Notes under the pieces: generated by a model
What the model saw: only the letters and a program-made list of their open reading frames with translations
What the model was told of the DNA's origin: nothing
The model's database searches: none
Assembly (NCBI GenBank): GCA_018992685.1
Contig: JACVGT010000019.1
Location: 32,001-96,000 of the forward strand
DNA from: Theionarchaea archaeon
Lineage (GTDB): Archaea > Methanobacteriota_B > Thermococci > Methanofastidiosales > SZ-28-30
DNA: 64,000 nucleotides
Reading direction: 5' to 3'
Part shown: piece after piece, positions 19,254-26,178 of the stretch
Layout of the letters: every line of letters begins with the position of its first letter
Numbering within the stretch: position 1 is the first letter of the stretch
Position numbers and translations under genes: made by a program

Positions 19254-20059
19254 TGGCTGTCGGAACCGTATTGATGTCGGCTGCACTGGAAAACCCGGTG
19301 GAGGGGTGGGCTGTCCTCATGGAAACCAATGATTTCCCTGGAGGGTACACTGATCTCCCTCTGGGCTTCGTGGATGTTGAACGAATGGAGACCCTGCTCC
19401 AGTACCACGGGTGGCAGAAATCACACATGCTACTAAGAAGAGATACTATTACGACGCAAGCAGTGAAGGAGGGTATTGCATACCTGCAGAAAGCAGATCA
19501 GAATGACATTGCTTTGTTCTACATTTGCTCTCACGGAGGATATCTGAGGCATGATCTCCAATGGAACAGTCTCATGCCTCCGCTCTGGGAGCGTGTTACC
19601 AGTGAAAAGAGAGTATTGATTATAGATTCCTGCTATGCAGGTTCCTTTCTGCCGGAAAGCGAGAGACCATACATCGGGATTGGCTCAGTTTCGGCTGACG
19701 AGCTTGGGTGGGCAGGCCTGCCAGAAGAGAACCTGCCTATTACCGGGTTCGTGTTCACCTACTACTTCTGCCAGTCCACCCTGGGAGTATCAGTTGAAGA
19801 GGGATTTGGAAGGGCCAGTCCCCAGGTACAGCAGTACATGCAGGATGTGGTCTATCCGGCTTTCAAGGAAGTCTATCCTCCCGAGCACTACAATGTCTAT
19901 GATCCTCATCCTGTGTTGAAGGATTCGTATCCAGGTGAGCTCTCCCTGTGGGTTGATGAGGGTGGAGTTTCTCTCTCTCAGGTTCTGGCTGTCCTGATGC
20001 TTCTCCTCCTGGGAATCATCCTTGCCCTGGATAGAAAAGGAATCTGTTCATGTGACTAG
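19205..20059 (+). CDS. Secreted/anchored caspase-like (clan CD, C14-like) peptidase
   Basis: His-Cys dyad motifs YICSHGG and IIDSCYAG; N-terminal hydrophobic segment and C-terminal TM. Confidence 0.75.
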   Translation: MYGNACCRIWCYGIAVMAVGTVLMSAALENPVEGWAVLMETNDFPGGYTDLPLGFVDVERMETLLQYHGWQKSHMLLRRDTITTQAVKEGIAYLQKADQNDIALFYICSHGGYLRHDLQWNSLMPPLWERVTSEKRVLIIDSCYAGSFLPESERPYIGIGSVSADELGWAGLPEENLPITGFVFTYYFCQSTLGVSVEEGFGRASPQVQQYMQDVVYPAFKEVYPPEHYNVYDPHPVLKDSYPGELSLWVDEGGVSLSQVLAVLMLLLLGIILALDRKGICSCD

Positions 20060-20166
20060 GAAATGTGTAATGAAAGGGACGCTATACGGGGAAGTGAAGG
20101 TTTTCATCCTTTGTTCCTCTGCGTGCCGGCCAAAAGCTTTATATTTCAACAGAAGCAATCTCTCCT

Positions 20167-21210
20167 GTGGAATCGACAACTGATATTCTGGAGAAACTCA
20201 TAGAAGAAGAACAGAGAATAAGGCAGAAAGCAGAAGAACTGGGACTCCATGTCGGAAAAGAGTCACTAGAAGAGGCTAAGAAGCCCTTCAGGGCCAAAGA
20301 AGGAATTCCCAGGACAGAACTCACTGAACGAGAGATGTCTCGGCTGCTGGCCGAAACGAGGGATATTCTTGACATCTACAGCTTGGATTATGTTTCTGAG
20401 CATTTTGATGAGGCTAAGAATCTGTATTACGCGCTGAAGGACAAACCCTTCTCGCCTGATTCTCTCATTGGATCACGAATCGTGCAGAATATCCAGGAGT
20501 TGAAGGAACGAATCGATGCAGTGGAAGAACAGGAATCTCCAACAAAACCACTGGAAGAACTGCTTTCTGATTCGAAGAGGCTTCTTGATTCTCTGGATTC
20601 ACTTGACGCAGTTCAGGCGAAACGGCGCTATGCTGATCTGCTGAAGAGACAGCAGGATGCGCCCAAGAATGTGGATCAGCCACTTGAAGTAGAAATCGAC
20701 GAGTACCTGCTGGAAATTGGGAAACGAATTCAGCGAACAGAAAAAAAGACATCTGAAGAAATTGGAGAAGAGCTTCTGGAAGAAATCAGCACGTTGATTG
20801 GATCCAAGAGTTTTGATCCTGAAGGATACAACAGGATTGCCAGAAAATTCCAGGAAATAGCAGATGATCTTCCTGAAGATCTCAAAGTGAAAATAAGAGA
20901 CCGCATACGCGAGTCCTTTGCCAAGATGAAGGATCTCGAACAAAAGGAACACGTTGAAGAACGAATACGGGAAGAACGTGCCAAGAAGTTCTACTGGGAT
21001 TCATTCGCTCAGGAGGTGGAACAACTGAAGGCCGATCTGGAGCGAGCAACACCTGGAGAGTTTTTCAGGCTCTACGATATCTACAATCAATTGCTGGACT
21101 CACTGGAACACGCAGATCTATCAGATGTTCATGCTGCCCAGATTGAGCGGGTAAAATCAATGATAGATCAGTGTTACTACATGCTGGAAGAACTCAGATC
21201 ACGAGCATGA
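20167..21210 (+). CDS. Acidic alpha-helical/coiled-coil hypothetical protein
   Basis: 347-aa E/K/L-rich ORF; TATA-like TTTATAT about 25 nt upstream. Confidence 0.75.
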   Translation: MESTTDILEKLIEEEQRIRQKAEELGLHVGKESLEEAKKPFRAKEGIPRTELTEREMSRLLAETRDILDIYSLDYVSEHFDEAKNLYYALKDKPFSPDSLIGSRIVQNIQELKERIDAVEEQESPTKPLEELLSDSKRLLDSLDSLDAVQAKRRYADLLKRQQDAPKNVDQPLEVEIDEYLLEIGKRIQRTEKKTSEEIGEELLEEISTLIGSKSFDPEGYNRIARKFQEIADDLPEDLKVKIRDRIRESFAKMKDLEQKEHVEERIREERAKKFYWDSFAQEVEQLKADLERATPGEFFRLYDIYNQLLDSLEHADLSDVHAAQIERVKSMIDQCYYMLEELRSRA

Positions 21211-21214
21211 TACC

Positions 21215-21997
21215 CTATTTGGGGAGTCGTCCCAGTTCCACCACTCCTTTGGAAACAATGCGCTGTACCGTTGTTCTGGATCCGATCTTCAGGCTGCCAT
21301 CACACATGACTTTCTGAAGAACGCTGTCAGATCCCACGTAGATATCTCCTTTACAGTATACATCTTCTTTTACTTCACAGAAATTCCCTATTTCCAGCTG
21401 GACTTCTATGTTCACCGGCGAATTCATAATATTTCTGTCTCCAAGAGATGCATCCTTACCTTTTATAGAACCCTTGAACTCACACTCGGCTTTGCTCTTC
21501 ACCGTTGAAGCCACCACATCCCCATACACCATATTTTTGCTACCAAGGTGGACTTCTTCTCCTGCTTCAATATTCCCTTTTATAATGACTCCATCTCCGA
21601 GGTGGATGCTGCGGCTGGTTTTCAGCCCTCCTGTAAGAACCAGATCATCAGAGAGGCTAATGTCTGAGTCTCTGGCCACAATGGCAAAGGTTTTCAGGGA
21701 AATCTCATCCTTTTTCTGCTGTATTACCTGTTGAAGTTCGGATATTTCAAGATTCTTTTCTTCAATAATCTGTTTCAGCTGGCGTTCAGTTTCTGCAAAA
21801 TTTTCCACCTTGTCCAGGAGAGCCTGGTTATCCTCAGTCAGCCTTTCGGCTACCTCTCGTAACTTGGACACTCCGCCGTATTCCTTCCTGTAGGTTTCCA
21901 ACTCCCTGGTGATACGGGAGTTTTCGTCCCGCAATTCGGTGGCCATCCGTCTTAGAGATTCTATAACCTCATCTTTTCCTTTGTCAAAGAGCCCCAT
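21215..21997 (-). CDS. Coiled-coil plus bactofilin-like beta-helix protein
   Basis: Start MGLFDKGK after GGAGG; heptad region, then repeats IKGNIEA, VYGDVVA, FKGSIKG, VKEDVYC. Confidence 0.7.
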   Translation of the reverse strand: MGLFDKGKDEVIESLRRMATELRDENSRITRELETYRKEYGGVSKLREVAERLTEDNQALLDKVENFAETERQLKQIIEEKNLEISELQQVIQQKKDEISLKTFAIVARDSDISLSDDLVLTGGLKTSRSIHLGDGVIIKGNIEAGEEVHLGSKNMVYGDVVASTVKSKAECEFKGSIKGKDASLGDRNIMNSPVNIEVQLEIGNFCEVKEDVYCKGDIYVGSDSVLQKVMCDGSLKIGSRTTVQRIVSKGVVELGRLPK

Positions 21998-22157
21998 GCT
22001 GTTCAACCTCCATTCTTTTTTTCTACAGCATATATATAGCTTTTTCCATTGCCATTGCCGGACTGGTGAAGACCACATCCATTGTCAAGTCAGGCTCTGT
22101 TCTTCATACGTGGCTGAGCAGAAAAGTCGTTTTCTTTCGCCAATGCGAAAATAAAGT

Positions 22158-22619
22158 TCACATTGAGGATTTTCTCTCAGTCAGCTCGAACAAGCAGTAG
22201 CTATCTCCGGCAGCCTGACAGGAGGTCTCCCTGTACATGATGTCTTCTTTACTGTAATATCTGGAAACCAGCCCCTCGAAAAACCCAGCCAGAAAATGAC
22301 ACACGGGGTCATTACTTTCCGCATAGCCAGAAGCAATCGGAGAATCAGTAACCTGGAACTGAAATTCTTCAGGATGAAAGGTAGCCCTCACAAAGCCAGT
22401 GGCTTCCAGCTCGGCCAAAAGATCCTGGATGGTGGCGCCTTCATCTTCTGATTGCATGATTTCCATGTACTTGTCGCCAAATTCCTTTCCTGCAGAGTAG
22501 AGAACTTTGGCCGCAGAGGGCCCAATGGAATCCTCCAGCGTTTTCTGGATTTTCATGAAAATGCTGTTAAGCACCACTAGCTTCCTCTTTTTTTCCACCG
22601 GCAGCAATTCTTTCATCAT
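22158..22619 (-). CDS. V4R-domain protein
   Basis: LYSAGKEFG, PVCHFLAGFFEG, ETSCQAAGDSYCLF. Confidence 0.88.
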   Translation of the reverse strand: MMKELLPVEKKRKLVVLNSIFMKIQKTLEDSIGPSAAKVLYSAGKEFGDKYMEIMQSEDEGATIQDLLAELEATGFVRATFHPEEFQFQVTDSPIASGYAESNDPVCHFLAGFFEGLVSRYYSKEDIMYRETSCQAAGDSYCLFELTERKSSM

Positions 22620-22742
22620 ATATCCTTTCAATCAGGACTTTATAAAGGTATAGGAGGCGAGCAAAGAGGTAGTAGACCTGCCTTCTTGCTGACATTTCAA
22701 GATCTGCTGCTCCGGTGTCTGCCATCACGCTGAGGAGCCACA

Positions 22743-23537
22743 CTACGAGCCAAACCAGGCATCTAGCCTCCTCTGCCCAGGCTGGGCCTTCCTGTACGGG
22801 ATGTTCAGAAGGTCCTTCAACATTCGTGCGTTGCTGATTGCCTGCCCTCGGGGGTGATTATTGAACTGGAGATACAAAGTCTCGGTTGAGAGACGTATTT
22901 CTTGCACTTTGGGTACCCACTCCTTCAATTCTTCTTCTGAGTATTGATAGTCATACCAATGCGATGGGTTCCTTCCATGCCATCTAACATATCCAAGATC
23001 TGATGTGATTCGTACGAGAGGTTCCATTTTCACAGAATCTGTCACAACAAAGGCGGCGTGGTCATCTCTGAGAAAGGAAACGTCAATTCTCGAGTCCCAG
23101 GAGGTGTGGCGGAACTCTACCGCAAACCGCACATTGTCAGGTAGAAAGTCCAAGAACTCCTTCAGGTTATCTTCATACTCTGTAGAGAACTTTGGAGGCA
23201 ATTGAATGAGGAAACAGCCCAGCTTTCCTGAATCTATGAGAGGAAACATCAAAGAATAGAATTCCTTGAACACCGGTTCTGAATTCTTGAGAAATCTCTT
23301 GTGAGTAATCTCTTTGGGGATCTTTGCGGTGAAGACAAAATCATCAGGTACCTTCTTGTTCCAGGAAATGACCGCGTACTTATTGGGTAGGGCATAGAAA
23401 GTGGAGTTAATCTCTACCAGATTGAATTCCCTTGCATAAAACTCTAACATCTTTCCCTTCTCAATGCCTTCAGGGTAAAACGGGCCAATCCAATCATCAT
23501 AGCTCCAGCCACTCGTTCCTATGTATAAGGTTCCCAT
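22743..23537 (-). CDS. DUF72 (YecE-like) TIM-barrel protein
   Basis: IGTSGWSY, VEINSTFY, AVEFRH, YVRWHGR, FNNH. Confidence 0.92.
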   Translation of the reverse strand: MGTLYIGTSGWSYDDWIGPFYPEGIEKGKMLEFYAREFNLVEINSTFYALPNKYAVISWNKKVPDDFVFTAKIPKEITHKRFLKNSEPVFKEFYSLMFPLIDSGKLGCFLIQLPPKFSTEYEDNLKEFLDFLPDNVRFAVEFRHTSWDSRIDVSFLRDDHAAFVVTDSVKMEPLVRITSDLGYVRWHGRNPSHWYDYQYSEEELKEWVPKVQEIRLSTETLYLQFNNHPRGQAISNARMLKDLLNIPYRKAQPGQRRLDAWFGS

Positions 23538-23720
23538 AGTAGGAGTTCTTCTGATACCAAAAAAATGTTACGGTTCCTGTGCTGTAATGAGCCCCTGTGA
23601 TACTTCTGCTCCTGTTCTGCTGAGCCCCCATATCGATGCAAGGCCTCACATCACACATCTTTTGTTCCCACATCGAAGGGACGTACTTCCAGCATCCGAG
23701 CTCAATCATCCACGTGTCAA

Positions 23721-23798
23721 CCGAAAGTCTTATAAGTAGTAGTTATTATAATAACAAGTAGCTACTACTAAAAGTAGTATCTACTACGGAAAATCGGA
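23721..23798 (+). promoter_or_regulatory. BRE/TATA promoter of SBP2 followed by tandem operator-like repeats
   Basis: CCGAAAGT CTTATAAG; TACTAC-taaaa-GTAGTA (23763-23779); TACTAC-ggaaa-ATCGGA (23782-23798). Confidence 0.72.
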
Positions 23799-23799
23799 A

Positions 23800-23903
23800 C
23801 TCCAATACCGTCTGCTGGTTGAAGATGTCGGCCTCCTTGGATCGGTATTGCAGACACTGAACCCGATCAACATCACCTCCAGCAGATGGTATACAGAATG
23901 GAG
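23800..23903 (+). ncRNA. Structured 5' leader RNA of SBP2 with a bulged anti-SD/antisense segment
   Basis: Stems 23805-23818/23879-23892, 23824-23828/23870-23874, 23840-23845/23863-23868; homologous to the SBP3 leader with compensatory changes. Confidence 0.7.
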
Positions 23904-23921
23904 ACCAAAGGAGGAAGAAAA

Positions 23922-25811
23922 ATGAACACAAGAAAGATCTCAGTCGTATTGTCTGCCGTGTTACTTGCTTCTTTAACTCTATCCCTATTCGGAACCAGTA
24001 CTGTTGCACAAGAACAGCAGTGGAAAAAAGTGCCAACTACTGAAGACTATTCCAATTACCCCGCATTCTTTTCGATCACGCAGATTGCCCCCATTGGGAA
24101 CAAGGTTAGGGAACAGTATACACAGGCAGCCAACCTCGAAATGAGAAAAATCGGCATAGGGGCTGACTTCAGAATGCTGGAGTTCGGAGACCTGATCAAC
24201 AGGGAATTCAACAACTACTATGGCAGCACATTTGCTGAAGATGGATTCGACATTTCTTCATTCGGCTGGTCAGTGGGAGTAGACCCCGATCCCTTTGACA
24301 GTTTCCACTCTTCTGCAATGACCCCCATAGGTAACAACATTACATTCTGGTACTGCCCGGAAGCTGATGAGATGCTCTCTCTCGCACGAGTTGAACTTGA
24401 CCAGCAAGCCAGAAAGGAATACCTGTGGAGATTCCAGGAGATTGTTGCGGATGAAAAGCCCTACTGTGTGGTGTATGTGCCACTGCTCATCTGGGCCTCC
24501 ACAGATCAACTGGAAGGCTTTAATTCACTGATGTGGCAGCAGAACTTTGATGCTGTAACCTGGTCAATTCCAGGAAAAGACACCGTTGTCTATGGTACAC
24601 CCGCAGCTGTCGAGGGTATGCTGCCCTGGAGATGGAACTCAGTGTATGGACACTATCTTCACAACCAGATATTTGAGACATTGTGGACCGTTGCTCCAGA
24701 CCTCACCATTGAATCAAGAATTGCTGACTCTGCAACAGAAGGACCTTCAATCGTATTTGCCCCTAGCACTCTTGATGATGCTTCAATTGAGGCTCTCGGA
24801 CCTGATGTCAAGAAGTGTGTGGTGAACACCAAACTCGCAGGTCCTGTTGTGTTCCCCGAATACTACGACATCAAAATCAAAGAAGGCATCATGTTCCACG
24901 ATGGCGTGGAGATGACCAGTGAAGATGTCAAGTGGTCAATGGATGCCTGTGTCAGCGCAGACACCGCCTTCCAGGGATGGGGTACCTTCAGAGATGTATA
25001 TTCCAGCTCAGAAATCCTTGACAAGTACACACTGAGAGTGTATGTCGGGATGCCCCACGCAGCATGGGTACAGTATTGTAATCCATATGTATTGCCCAAG
25101 CATATCTATGGTGGCATTCCTATAACAGGAGCAGAAGCTGCCACCAGCTGGATGGAATCTGACATCAACAGAGGAGACACTGTCATTGGTTCAGGACCCT
25201 TCATGTTTGATTCCTGGGAAGCTGACCAGTTCTGGAAGATGAAGAAGACACCTGACTACTGGGGTTCTGCATATGGATATCTTGAAGCAGGATGCGACTT
25301 CCTGATACTGAAATTGATACCCGAGAGAGAGGCAGCCCGTGTTGCCCTGGAAACTGGAGAAATTGACATCATGTGCTGCTACTACCAGCTCGGAGCAATT
25401 GCTCAGGACCTGGAAGCTACCCCCGGCCTAGTGTTGTGGACCACAGAAGACTTCGGCTACCAGCACCTGCACTTCAACTGCCGCAACCCGTACCTTGCCA
25501 ACAAGTACGTGAGACAGGCCATTTCCTCCTGTATTGACAGACAGGGAATTGTGGACAAGTTGCTGGGTGGTTATGGTGTGCCTGGTGCCAACCCTGTTGC
25601 CGTTCCCTCGTGGGCCTTCAACACCAACATTGCACCAGACCCATACGATCTGGACAAGGCACGAGAGTTGATGGACACGGCAGGATATCGCTACTACGTC
25701 CTAGAAAAGACGGTGAGCACAGGCGGAGAAGAGGAAGCTGGAGGCGGATTCTGTCTGGGAACCCTGTTTATAGCCCTTATGAAGACTAATCATCTATTCA
25801 GGAGAGAGTGA
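23922..25811 (+). CDS. Orphan family-5 solute-binding protein SBP2, circularly permuted, CLGT tail with shortened hydrophobic segment
   Basis: Start MNTRK after AAAGGAGG; close paralog of SBP1 and SBP3; ends GGFCLGTLFIALMKTNHLFRRE. Confidence 0.92.
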   Translation: MNTRKISVVLSAVLLASLTLSLFGTSTVAQEQQWKKVPTTEDYSNYPAFFSITQIAPIGNKVREQYTQAANLEMRKIGIGADFRMLEFGDLINREFNNYYGSTFAEDGFDISSFGWSVGVDPDPFDSFHSSAMTPIGNNITFWYCPEADEMLSLARVELDQQARKEYLWRFQEIVADEKPYCVVYVPLLIWASTDQLEGFNSLMWQQNFDAVTWSIPGKDTVVYGTPAAVEGMLPWRWNSVYGHYLHNQIFETLWTVAPDLTIESRIADSATEGPSIVFAPSTLDDASIEALGPDVKKCVVNTKLAGPVVFPEYYDIKIKEGIMFHDGVEMTSEDVKWSMDACVSADTAFQGWGTFRDVYSSSEILDKYTLRVYVGMPHAAWVQYCNPYVLPKHIYGGIPITGAEAATSWMESDINRGDTVIGSGPFMFDSWEADQFWKMKKTPDYWGSAYGYLEAGCDFLILKLIPEREAARVALETGEIDIMCCYYQLGAIAQDLEATPGLVLWTTEDFGYQHLHFNCRNPYLANKYVRQAISSCIDRQGIVDKLLGGYGVPGANPVAVPSWAFNTNIAPDPYDLDKARELMDTAGYRYYVLEKTVSTGGEEEAGGGFCLGTLFIALMKTNHLFRRE

Positions 25812-25988
25812 CACTATTTGAAATCTCCTGATTGAGCCAAAAATCCCATAAAGATTTTATCCTTCAACCTAAGAACTCAACCTGTCAACATTTCTTATCC
25901 AGTATTACCAATAGTGTCATGACATATGCACCTTTCATCCCACTACCATAGCAGCAAGTAGCTCCGGGAGAAAGAACATTAATTCCAA

Positions 25989-26056
25989 GCGAAAGTTTTA
26001 TAAAGCACAGTAACTACTAAATTCAAGTAGTTACTATTTTAAATAGTATCTACAAC
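25989..26056 (+). promoter_or_regulatory. BRE/TATA promoter of SBP3 followed by operator-like repeats
   Basis: GCGAAAGT TTTATAAA; TACTAT-tttaa-ATAGTA (26032-26048); half-site TACAAC (26051-26056); also AGTAACTACT-N7-AGTAGTTACT (26009-26035). Confidence 0.72.
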
Positions 26057-26064
26057 TGAGACAA

Positions 26065-26153
26065 TCCCGGACCGTTCACTGGATGAAGATGTCACCTCCT
26101 TTGATCGGTACTCTACATTCGATCCGACATCTCATCTGGTGGATGGTGCGGGA
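26065..26153 (+). ncRNA. Structured 5' leader RNA of SBP3 with a bulged anti-SD/antisense segment
   Basis: Stems 26065-26069/26149-26153, 26071-26086/26132-26147 (4 G-U pairs), 26088-26093/26126-26131, 26103-26107/26120-26124; bulge ACCUCCUUU. Confidence 0.72.
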
Positions 26154-26178
26154 AATGGAGACTAAAGGAGGATAAAAA

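Noticed and set aside
23737-23790. AGTAG/CTACT-rich short repeats as a CRISPR array or microsatellite
   Set aside because: No constant repeat with unique spacers and no cas genes; fits tandem operator half-sites
23872-23880. ATCACCTCC (and GTCACCTCCT at 26091) as a 16S rRNA 3' end fragment
   Set aside because: No flanking rRNA sequence; explained as anti-SD segments within the leaders
11324-26110. The 17-nt match as inverted repeats of an invertible promoter or shufflon
   Set aside because: All copies have the same orientation on the plus strand, so recombination would delete rather than invert; no recombinase in the window
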